Shown here in pieces: positions 36,516 to 47,612 of a stretch of 64,000 nucleotides of DNA (its first letter is position 1; the number at the start of each line of letters is the position of its first letter). The stretch is from Haliotis rufescens (Eukaryota). The translations under genes and the position numbers were made by a program. The DNA lies in NCBI RefSeq assembly GCF_023055435.1, contig NW_025964223.1:49352001-49416000 (forward strand), given 5' to 3'. A model generated the notes under the pieces. It was not told the DNA's origin and did no database searches. It saw nothing but the letters and a program-made list of their open reading frames with translations.

Positions 36516-37734
36516 TTTTGCTATGCGATTCCCACTTTTTTTCTTTTTCGACCATAAGGTGCACTTGACTCATTCACATCTGATGTAATCATACACTTTT
36601 ATTTCCTTGTAAATGGCCCCACTCATGCATGTCTGCTCAAAGAAATAGCTGCCAGCCATGTATTCTTACATACCTTTACAGAAAGGACTTTTCCACTATA
36701 CATGTGATCATATTCAGTTGTCAGTTCACCAAACTCGTCAACTATTCTGAAGGCATGTACGTCCTTTTCGCCACATAAAGGTGTTTGCGTGCACCGATAA
36801 TTGACTATTTTACTTACTTTCTTACTTTCAAAGCATGAATATATAATATATACATGTAAAATTATAATGTTGTTCGTGTTAAGTCTCGGCTCACATCTCT
36901 TTGCCTACACAGATAAGAAAAGGAGAAAGAGTTAGATCGTACAGAGCGCCTGTCAATAGGAGTTCACTGGCTTGCTGCTGGAAAATGTATTTTGAAAGCT
37001 GTGAGCAAGCTGATCACTGTTGACACGCTTTACAAATATGAAAAGAAACGACGCGACTGTGTGATAAACCAGCTATTTTATGTTCCCCGTTCTAGCTGAT
37101 CGCTGGCAAACGTACTTTAGACTTATTAGAAAGTATTTCCATACATTTCTCTCGCCATACAACAGGTAGATGTGACATGTTGCAGGTAGGGGGCTAGGCG
37201 AAACGCACACGACCAAGGGCGCACAACTCTTGACGCTCTATTTGAAAAGTCGTGCACAGGCGAGGCGTGTGTCGGTAAAACACCCCGTGGATGTCTGGCC
37301 TTTATCGCCGTTTTACACCTTTGAACACAACGTGCATGTGCAGCTACACACATAGGAAGTCTGCACTCAGTATATTATATATATCAACGACACTAATCGC
37401 CTCACTTTCCAACATACACCAATTTGGGGGGTTAATAAACAAGCATAACAACAGTCATTAGTGTTAAGGCACATCCCCCCCCCTCCCCACCCACACACAC
37501 ACAATAAAATCCCTGACGTACCCTTATCATCATCACCTATGTGTGTTATGTGCGTGGTGGGTGTTGCTGCCACGTTATCTCTGTTATCACGAGAACCTGC
37601 ACTTTATTACTGCTAACATACATATTTATTGTTTTGTTATCAGTGTTTTCAAGTTTTCTTTTGGGGTATTTGGATGGCCCTGAAAAGGGCCTTTGGACCA
37701 CAGAAATGTGGAGCGAAGGCGTGACAATGAGAGC

Positions 37735-38298
37735 TTAAGCCTTCTTTGGCTTGACTGCCTTCTTCTTGGGGGTCTTGACCTTCTTGGGTTTGGCTGCTGC
37801 CTTCTTGGGTGTCTTCGCCTTCTTGGGCTTGGCTGCAGCCTTCACCTTCTTTGGTGACTTAGCGGCCTTCTTAGCGGCTGTTTTGGGTTTCTTGGCAGCA
37901 GCTGGCTTCTTGACTTTCTTGGGGGATTTGGCAGCCTTCTTTGGTTTGGCAGCTGCCTTAGCCTTCTTGGGTTTTTCGTCTTTCTTTGCCTCGCCAAGAC
38001 GGAATGATCCAGCAGCTCCAGTTCCCTTTGATTGCTTCAGTGCGCCGTTCTTGACTCCATTTTTCAAAGCAGTCTTAATGCGAGCATTGATGGCCACCTG
38101 GTTGTCACCGACCTTGTAGTTGGCCAAGATGTATTTCAGAACAGCCTGTCGGGAGGAACCACTCCTCTCCTTCAGGGATGAAATAGCTTTCTTGATCATC
38201 TCCAAATAGGTAGGATGTGCGGCAGCCTTCTTAGGCTTGGCAGCAGCCTTCTTCTTGGGAGTCTTGACAACAGCGGGGGCAGCAGCAGCATCAGCCAT
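37735..38298 (-). CDS. H1: Histone H1
   Basis: 187-aa consensus H1. Confidence 0.98.
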   Translation of the reverse strand: MADAAAAPAVVKTPKKKAAAKPKKAAAHPTYLEMIKKAISSLKERSGSSRQAVLKYILANYKVGDNQVAINARIKTALKNGVKNGALKQSKGTGAAGSFRLGEAKKDEKPKKAKAAAKPKKAAKSPKKVKKPAAAKKPKTAAKKAAKSPKKVKAAAKPKKAKTPKKAAAKPKKVKTPKKKAVKPKKA

Positions 38299-39396
38299 AG
38301 TGGTAAGTTTGAGTGGTAAAAATTCACGTCAGCTACGAGAGAAGCACAGAGAGCGAATGACACTTCCCCACAGACAGCCCGGCTGATACTCCGGAGGCGC
38401 GGACGTCGGAGGAGACACCCTGCTTGTTGTGGCTGATAGCTGCACGCTTACAAGCGCGTGTGCTTTTTCGTGTATTTGTATCCGAATAATCACTTATTAA
38501 TCAAGGAAAGTTTCAATTTCAACAATACAGTTAGGTAGTAAAAACATTTGGCTACATTTCGGTTACAATAGCAACGCTCACGGGTGAAGTTCAAAGCCAC
38601 ACGTGCTGTTTCCAATGAAGCGACCCAGTCTAAAATGTAGACATCGTTACTTTCAAAAGCACATTTTTAGCCTTGAGACTCAAGTTTTTGCATTTTAAAC
38701 GTTGCCTGTCAATTCTCAATATATCTAACTATGAAAGTAAAACACAACACTCATCAGTATTGCCTATGATAAGCTAGAACAAGCGTTCAAACAACGACAA
38801 TGAAGCACGTTTTTCTGACGACTTCGCCATTTTGCAACAGAAAACATTTGACACTATATTTCTGGAGACATAATTTTGGTCACTTCAGTTAGAGTTGAAA
38901 CTAACTTTGTCATAACAAGTAAGTAACGGGGATTTTACTTTCAGGAAAACAGTCTAGTAAGACGAGGATCTCGGGACACAAGCAGCTAGGGCGCGAAGCC
39001 CCGAACAGTAACATATATACATAGGTGTTTAGATCACTCGATCGGTCGTCACAGATTAAGTCTTTTTGCCTGTCTTAATAGCACGATATTAGTAGGGGTC
39101 TTCGTCGTTTGGATGTTAATATTACCAGAACAATATAGGCTACAATGCATCAACGAAAAGTGAATGTTTCATACGAAAGGCCGGATCGAGTGAGCGAGTG
39201 TGCCGGGCCTCGTGTTAATCAGTGATCACATGTTTTTACAACGGCTAGATTTTAATCCCTGTAAATATACATCATAAATCAACAAACACAACATGTCTAC
39301 TGAACCCGCTGAAAACGCGAGCATGCTGTTTTCATGGCAATGTCTGTTTACCAATGTGCGGTGTCTATATGTAGCTAAAGTTTGCCGATAAGCATT

Positions 39397-39516
39397 GTCT
39401 ACGACCATACCACGTTGAAAACACCGGTTCTCGTCCGATCACCGAAGTTAAGCAACGTCGGGCCCGGAGAGTACTTGGATGGGTGACCGCCTGGGAACAC
39501 CGGGTGCAGTAGACAT
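39397..39516 (+). rRNA. 5S rRNA: 5S rRNA gene (GACCATA variant)
   Basis: 120-nt copy plus T-run. Confidence 0.98.
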
Positions 39517-40734
39517 TTTTGCTATGCGATTCCCACTTTTTTTCTTTTTCGACCATAAGGTGCACTTGACTCATTCACATCTGATGTAATCATACACTTT
39601 TATTTCCTTGTAAATGGCCCCACTCATGCATGTCTGCTCAAAGAAATAGCTGCCAGCCATGTATTCTTACATACCTTTACAGAAAGGACTTTTCCACTAT
39701 ACATGTGATCATATTCAGTTGTCAGTTCACCAAACTCGTCAACTATTCTGAAGGCATGTACGTCCTTTTCGCCACATAAAGGTGTTTGCGTGCACCGATA
39801 ATTGACTATTTTACTTACTTTCTTACTTTCAAAGCATGAATATATAATATATACATGTAAAATTATAATGTTGTTCGTGTTAAGTCTCGGCTCACATCTC
39901 TTTGCCTACACAGATAAGAAAAGGAGAAAGAGTTAGATCGTACAGAGCGCCTGTCAATAGGAGTTCACTGGCTTGCTGCTGGAAAATGTATTTTGAAAGC
40001 TGTGAGCAAGCTGATCACTGTTGACACGCTTTACAAATATGAAAAGAAACGACGCGACTGTGTGATAAACCAGCTATTTTATGTTCCCCGTTCTAGCTGA
40101 TCGCTTGCAAACGTACTTTAGACTTATTAGAAAGTATTTCCATACATTTCTCTCGCCATACAACAGGTAGATGTGACATGTTGCAGGTAGGGGGCTAGGC
40201 GAAACGCACACGACCAAGGGCGCACAACTCTTGACGCTCTATTTGAAAAGTCGTGCACAGGCGAGGCGTGTGTCGGTAAAACACCCCGTGGATGTCTGGC
40301 CTTTATCGCCGTTTTACACCTTTGAACACAACGTGCATGTGCAGCTACACACATAGGAAGTCTGCACTCAGTATATTATATATATCAACGACACTAATCG
40401 CCTCACTTTCCAACATACACCAATTTGGGGGGTTAATAAACAAGCATAACAACAGTCATTAGTGTTAAGGCACATCCCCCCCCTCCCCACCCACACACAC
40501 ACAATAAAATCCCTGACGTACCCTTATCATCATCACCTATGTGTGTTATGTGCGTGGTGGGTGTTGCTGCCACGTTATCTCTGTTATCACGAGAACCTGC
40601 ACTTTATTACTGCTAACATACATATTTATTGTTTTGTTATCAGTGTTTTCAAGTTTTCTTTTGGGGTATTTGGATGGCCCTGAAAAGGGCCTTTGGACCA
40701 CAGAAATGTGGAGCGAAGGCGTGACAATGAGAGC

Positions 40735-41298
40735 TTAAGCCTTCTTTGGCTTGACTGCCTTCTTCTTGGGGGTCTTGACCTTCTTGGGTTTGGCTGCTGC
40801 CTTCTTGGGTGTCTTCGCCTTCTTGGGCTTGGCTGCAGCCTTCACCTTCTTTGGTGACTTAGCGGCCTTCTTAGCGGCTGTTTTGGGTTTCTTGGCAGCA
40901 GCTGGCTTCTTGACTTTCTTGGGGGATTTGGCAGCCTTCTTTGGTTTGGCAGCTGCCTTAGCCTTCTTGGGTTTTTCGTCTTTCTTTGCCTCGCCAAGAC
41001 GGAATGATCCAGCAGCTCCAGTTCCCTTTGATTGCTTCAGTGCGCCGTTCTTGACTCCATTTTTCAAAGCAGTCTTAATGCGAGCATTGATGGCCACCTG
41101 GTTGTCACCGACCTTGTAGTTGGCCAAGATGTATTTCAGAACAGCCTGTCGGGAGGAACCACTCCTCTCCTTCAGGGATGAAATAGCTTTCTTGATCATC
41201 TCCAAATAGGTAGGATGTGCGGCAGCCTTCTTAGGCTTGGCAGCAGCCTTCTTCTTGGGAGTCTTGACAACAGCGGGGGCAGCAGCAGCATCAGCCAT
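40735..41298 (-). CDS. H1: Histone H1 (LINE D inserted in the 5' UTR)
   Basis: 187-aa consensus H1. Confidence 0.98.
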   Translation of the reverse strand: MADAAAAPAVVKTPKKKAAAKPKKAAAHPTYLEMIKKAISSLKERSGSSRQAVLKYILANYKVGDNQVAINARIKTALKNGVKNGALKQSKGTGAAGSFRLGEAKKDEKPKKAKAAAKPKKAAKSPKKVKKPAAAKKPKTAAKKAAKSPKKVKAAAKPKKAKTPKKAAAKPKKVKTPKKKAVKPKKA

Positions 41299-41343
41299 AG
41301 TGGTAAGTTTGAGTGGTAAAAATTCACGTCAGCTACGAGAGAA

Positions 41344-44300
41344 TGACTGACTGACTGATATAGAAGATTTAACGTGCGCTTTCCGACTGCAGCGTATTTC
41401 GCACACGGGCCTGGCCAGACCATTTAGTGTATTCCGAGAAGGGTGAAAGTGGTGTGTGCAACACAAGAGGGGGGCTTTTAGGGGTTGCTTATATCGATTT
41501 TTGAAATTTTAAAATTTGGAATAAATGCCTAGGTGGATGGAGGAGGGAACTAAGGGAGCTGGGTGAGGTGGGTATTTGTATGTTTATTGGATTTTGGGTT
41601 GGTAGATTAATAAGTTTTTAGATGCGCTTAATTAGGCCTGTTTTGATTAGGAATACGCCTAGGGCCTTGAAGTTTTCTAGTTTATTTTGAGGGTTTAGTA
41701 TTTCATCTAGAGTAGGAACCTTATTTAGATTGAGGTTGGTTTGTAGTGTGGTTCTGTGTGTTTGGTAGTGGGTGCAGTGGATGAGTGCGTGTTCTGTGGT
41801 TTCGGGTTGTTCGCAGTGGGGGCAGTTGCCTGTGGTGTGTCTTTTAAGTTGTTTTAGGTGGTTATTTAGGTTCGTGTGTCCTGTTTGGAGTTTTGTAATT
41901 AATCTGTCAATTTTTTTAGAGGGGTGAAGGATTTTAGGTTTGGCTAGTGGTTTTCTGAGCACTTTTTTGACTTGGCTATTTGAGTTTTGATATTGATTAT
42001 GCCATTTTTTGGTTATTTTTTGTTTGTTTACACTTTTAATTTCTGATTTTGAGATGGGTAGGTTTAGGCTTATTTCTGGTATTTTGAGAGATAATTTAGC
42101 TGCTTTATCGGCGCTTTCGTTGCCGTAAATTCCTACGTGGGCGGGGATCCACAAGAAGGTTATTTGTTTGCCTGCTTTTGTTAGGTCGTTGGAGCTTTTA
42201 AGTATTTGGTTTATTAATTTAGGTCGTTTTTTGGTATTTTTGTTTTGGAGGGCTTGTAGTCCACTAAGCGAGTCAGTGAGAATTAGGATTTTTTTGTGGT
42301 TTTTTGATTGTTGGTTATGCAGGGCTGAGGCCATGCCCATAAGTTCGGCCGTGAATGTAGATTGGTTGTTTGGGAGTCGGTAAGATTGTGTGGATATAAC
42401 TGGTTGTGTGGTATGGACTCCGAAACCTGTGTGTTTGGAGATCGGGTCTGAAGATCCGTCAGTGTATATGTGACACCAATTTGGCCAATTTTCGTGTATG
42501 TATGAAAGTGTGGTTGTTTTAGCTATGTTTGGGTCGGTTTGTTTATTTATTTGGTTAGTTAGTGTTGTGTCTATTTGGGGTATTTTGAGTTTAGGGGTGA
42601 AGATATTTGATTTTTTGCAGTTTTGTTTAAGATTTTGAGTTTGGTGTTCATTGAGGTAGTTAGTTATTCTTTGGGATATTGGGGTGAGTAAGGGGTGTTT
42701 GCGAGCTAGAGCTTGGTTTCTTGGGCTAATGTTTTGGTTAATTAGGTTTTGGATGAGAGGGTTTGTTTGGGACGCGGCCCAGAAATTAAGGCTTAGATGT
42801 TCCCTGCGTAGATTTAGTGGCATTTCTCCTGTAAGGGCCTGAAGTGAGGTGTAGGAGGTGCCATGTTGGGTGCGTGTAATTAGTTTAAGGGCTTGGTATT
42901 GGATTGAGTCAAGTTTTTTAGATAGAGAGTGGTTTAGGGTGTTGTATATGGCGCAGCCGTAGTCTAGTTTTGATCTAATTAGTGCTGTATAGAGTGAGAG
43001 GAGGGTATCTTTGGAGGCTCCCCAGTTAGAGCCGGTGAGACATCTTAGTGTGTTAAGGTCTTTGCTGCATCTAGTTTTTAGGTTTTGGACGTGAGCCTCC
43101 CAGGTGAGGTGTTGATCGAAAATAAGTCCTAAGAATTTGGTTTGATTGTTTGGTTGTTTAGCTGGAGGATTGGGTAGGCAGGTTTCATGTTTTTATGTTT
43201 GAATACTACTCCTGTTGTTTTATCTGAGTTAAGGGAGAAGCCCCATTTGTCTGCCCATTGTTGTATTTTATTTAGAGATTTTTGGATTAAGTTTTCTGCC
43301 ATTTTAATGCTTTTAGTGCGGATCCATAGGGCTCCATCATCCGCGAATTTTGAAGTGTTTAGTTTAGGGGATAAGCCCTCGAATAGATCATTTATCATTA
43401 TATTGAAGAGGGTTGGGCTGAGAATGCTGCCCTGGGGAGTGCCATTTTCTAGGGGACACTGGTCCGATAGCGTATGGTCTATACCCACGGTAATTTTGCG
43501 ATTGTTTAGGAAATCTTGGATGAAGTTTATTATTTGGCCTTTTAGTCCTATTTTTTTTAGTTTTTGTATTAGCCCGTGGTGCCATACCATATCGAAAGCT
43601 TTAGAGAAGTCGAGGAATATGCCTATGGTGTATTGCTTGTTAAGCTGTCCTGTTTTTAAATCCTGTTCTAGTCGGGCAAGGTTATCGAGAGTTGATCGGC
43701 CAGGAGTGAAGCCGCTTTGGCCGGGGTTTATGATGTTGTTTTGGTCTAGGTAGTGCTGTAGCCTATTTTTAGTCATAAGTTCCATTATTTTGCAGAGATT
43801 TGAGGTTAGGGATATGGGCCTATAGGAGTTTGCCTGATCTGCTGGTTTATTTGGTTTAGGTATTGGGATTACTAGAGCTTCCTTCCATGAGGATGGGACC
43901 TGTCCGTTTAGGTAAACTAGGTTGTATAGTTTAAGTAAAGTTTGGAGTAGTTTGGTAGGTAAGTGTTTGATTATTTGGTAAGAGGTGAGGTCTAGGCCAG
44001 GGGCTGTTCCTTTTTTTCTATTGTTTAGTACGTGATTTAGTTCTTCTATGGTATAAGGTTGATTTATTTCTAGGTTGTCTTGTCTGATTTCTTTGGAGAA
44101 TTTTATTTCTTTATTTAGTTTATCTTGGAATTTCTTACTGAAGTTACTGTTGCTACTAACTTTAGAGAAGTGTTTGGCTAGGTTGTTGGCCTTTTGGTTG
44201 GGGTTAGTTGAGTTGTTTATATTGGGGCTTTTTTTGTGCCGTTTGATGCCTCGGATGGCGTGAATTTTGCGCCACACCTTCCTAGCGTCGGTGTGGTGGT

Positions 44301-45749
44301 TTAGCTCTTCACAGAATTTTTTCCAGTTTTTGGTTTTAGCAGTTTTAACTAGGTTTTGGACTTGGTGGTTTAGTTCATGAGCTGTTTTGAGATGAGAGGG
44401 GTCTCGTTTAGCTCTGTTGAAAGCTGATTTGCGTTTTAGTCTAGTTAGCTCTATTTCCTCATTCCACCAAGGGACAGTGGGTTTTCCTGGGTTGGATGAT
44501 TTGAAGGGGATTGCGGATTTGGCTGCGTTGATTATGAAGTTAGTTAGGTTTTGACAGAATGTTTCGGGGTCTGTTGTTTCTAAATCGTTTAGATTAGCTT
44601 CGTTGCATAATTCTTGGAATTGGTCCCAGTTGGCGTTTTTGTACTGAAATTTAGGTTCCTGTTTAGGGGTTTGATTTGGTATTTTTATATTTCCTAGGGT
44701 TATATTTATGGGAAAGTGGTCGCTGCCTCGAGGTACTGGGTGGACGTCCCACATCAGACTTTGTGCTAAGTCTGGCGTACATATTGTTAAGTCGATAGCC
44801 GACATGGTGTGGTGGATTTTGTCGTATCTAGTTGGTTGGTTATTGTTTAATAGTATTAGGTCATTTTTTTCGATCCACTCTGATATTAGTTGTCCATGGT
44901 TGTCTAGTTTATCTGCAATGCCCCAGGTAGGATGATGGGCATTGAAGTCTCCTAGGAAGATTGTTGATTTATTTCCTAATTGGTAAAGGATGTCTAGGTC
45001 TGTATCTTTAATTGGTTTTAGTGTTGAGTGATAGATGTTAATGATTTTTATTTTTTGGTTATTGATGGTGACTTGGATTCCATTAGCTTCTAGATTAGGA
45101 GTGTTTACTTTAACTTCCTCGTAGTTAATATCCTCTCTAACGTAGATGATTAGACCTCCTCCTGTTCTGCCTGGGATGGTTTTGGACCTGTCGGTTCTTA
45201 CTGCGTTATAATTTGGTAGGTTGAATTTAGTTTTATGTGAGAATTTGGTTTCTTGAATACAAGCTACATGGGGACCTTTATCTATTTTGAATTTAGTTTT
45301 AAGTTCAGAACCATGGCCGGCGAGGCCATTGGCATTCCATTGAAAAATGTTTAGGCCTTCCATTGGGAAACTGGGTGGATTTATGTTTGGTTTAGGCTTG
45401 GTTTAGGTATTTACTTTAGTAGGTTATTAAGGTTGCTGCTGAAACGGTCGAAAGAGGTGGTGACGAGTTTTAGTTTATGTGCTACACCAAAGAAGGCTTT
45501 GGAGCTGGCTTCTGGATTAGACTGCTTTAACATGTAAGCTAGTAGGAGGACTAAGTTGTTTAGTTTTTTGCTTGCTACGTTTTGGGTGAGTTTTTTTCTA
45601 TAGCTTTTGGTTTTGGGGGCTGACAAGGTAAGATCGTTTATTTCCTCTGAGGATGTGTACTCGTCCTCTTCGGTTAAGTTATCTTTAGTTTGGTCACTCT
45701 CTTCGGTGGTGGGTTGCATGCTGGGTTTGGGTGTGAGAGTCTGAGTGGT
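41344..45749 (-). mobile_element. Non-LTR retrotransposon family D (diverged relative of A), 5'-truncated in ORF1
   Basis: 10-bp TSD tacgagagaa (41334-41343 and 45750-45759), (TCAG)n tail, ORF1 C-terminus at 45411-45749. Confidence 0.95.
41618..45363 (-). pseudogene. Family D ORF2 (APE-RT-RNase H-CCHC), frameshifting deletion near 43140
   Basis: The 744-aa and 401-aa ORFs are colinear with family A ORF2. Confidence 0.9.
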
Positions 45750-46812
45750 TACGAGAGAAGCACAGAGAGCGAATGTCACTTCCCCACAGACAGCCCGGCT
45801 GATACTCCGGAGGCGCGGACGTCGGAGGAGACACCCTGCTTGTTGTGGCTGATAGCTGCACGCTTACAAGCGCGTGTGCTTTTTCGTGTATTTGTATCCG
45901 AATAATCACTTATTAATCAAGGAAAGTTTCAATTTCAACAATACAGTTAGGTAGTAAAAACATTTGGCTACATTTCGGTTACAATAGCAACGCTCACGGG
46001 TGAAGTTCAAAGCCACACGTGCTGTTTCCAATGAAGCGACCCAGTCTAAAATGTAGACATCGCTACTTTCAAAAGCACATTTTTAGCCTTGAGACTCAAG
46101 TTTTTGCATTTTAAACGTTGCCTGTCAATTCTCAATATATCTAACTATGAAAGTAAAACACAACACTCATCAGTATTGCCTATGATAAGCTAGAACAAGC
46201 GTTCAAACAACGACAATGAAGCACGTTTTTCTGACGACTTCGCCATTTTGCAACAGAAAACATTTGACACTATATTTCTGGAGACATAATTTTGGTCACT
46301 TCAGTTAGAGTTGAAACTAACTTTGTCATAACAAGTAAGTAACGGGGATTTTACTTTCAGGAAAACAGTCTAGTAAGACGAGGATCTCGGGACACAAGCA
46401 GCTAGGGCGCGAAGCCCCGAACAGTAACATATATACATAGGTGATTAGATCACTCGATCGGTCGTCACAGATTAAGTCTTTTTGCCTGTCTTAATAGCAC
46501 GATATTAGTAGGGGTCTTCGTCGTTTGGATGTTAATATTACCAGAACAATATAGGCTACAATGCATCAACGAAAAGTGAATGTTTCAGACGAAAGGCCGG
46601 ATCGAGTGAGCGAGTGTGCCGGGCCTCGTGTTAATCAGTGATCACATGTTTTTACAACGGCTAGATTTTAATCCCTGTAAATATACATCATAAATCAACA
46701 AACACAACATGTCTACTGAACCCGCTGAAAACGCGAGCATGCTGTTTTCATGGCAATGTCTGTTTACCAATGTGCGGTGTCTATATGTAGCTAAAGTTTG
46801 CCGATAAGCATT

Positions 46813-46829
46813 GTCTACGGCCATACCAC
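46813..46829 (+). pseudogene. 5S rRNA: 5S rRNA 5' fragment (nt 1-17), split by the Gypsy element
   Basis: GTCTACGGCCATACCAC followed directly by the LTR. Confidence 0.93.
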
Positions 46830-47411
46830 TGTTACAGTGCATATATTTCATTACACTTTTTATATTTTTAACAAATTAAACTTAAACTAGGAAATTCTAA
46901 AATTCGAAAGTCGCTAGACCAGTATTTCTCGTTTTTATCGCCACTGGTCGACCATGACGGCTGCTCCTCGGCAAGCTCATTCACGCGAACAGTAAATTAC
47001 GTAATCATAGATACAGTCGGCGCGTACGTCCGCCCCGGCCCTTGTTCTCTTGATAAATGTTTTGTTACCAGCTGGCGCAGGTTTTGACCACCATCTTAAA
47101 CTGTAATTAAAACAAACTCTTCTCAGGCAATACTGATACCATTCTATTACCACCTGCTTTTGTGTAGTCAACTTTGACAGCCCAGGGCAGATAACAGAGA
47201 CCGAAATTACAACTTCAAAGTTATTGTTAATGTGATAAGAGTAGAGCTGTGGGGGTATATAACTCCTTGGGTGTTGGTCCTCAGCACACTTGCTTGAATA
47301 AACCTTAAGGACCTCACAGCTCTCTTCTCTCTTGTTTCAAGGCTAGCTCCCAATAGCTCATTCCCCAAACCGAGGCCTGACAGTCATTGGAATCCCAAAA
47401 AGGCTGTCTTA
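46830..47411 (+). repeat. 5' LTR (TG...TA)
   Basis: Matches 54825-55406 except ~2 substitutions seen. TATATAA at ~47256 and AATAAA at ~47297. Confidence 0.95.
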
Positions 47412-47413
47412 AT

Positions 47414-47425
47414 TGGTGGAGACGT
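47414..47425 (+). promoter_or_regulatory. Primer-binding site, probably tRNA-Ala
   Basis: TGGTGGAGA 2 nt after the LTR, complementary to the UCUCCACCA 3' end typical of tRNA-Ala. Confidence 0.65.
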
Positions 47426-47612
47426 TCGATCCTCGGTGCCTGGAGCCAGCCTTGTGAACTACAAGTTGAGACTGTGACGTTACCTGTACCTGACTCCACA
47501 CTACCACCACCACCTCCACAGCTTGACACCACACTATGCCTGCTGACACCATCGTCCCCTACAGAAGCAACAACACAGTCAGTCTCATCTTACCCAGCAA
47601 CAACCCCCAGTA

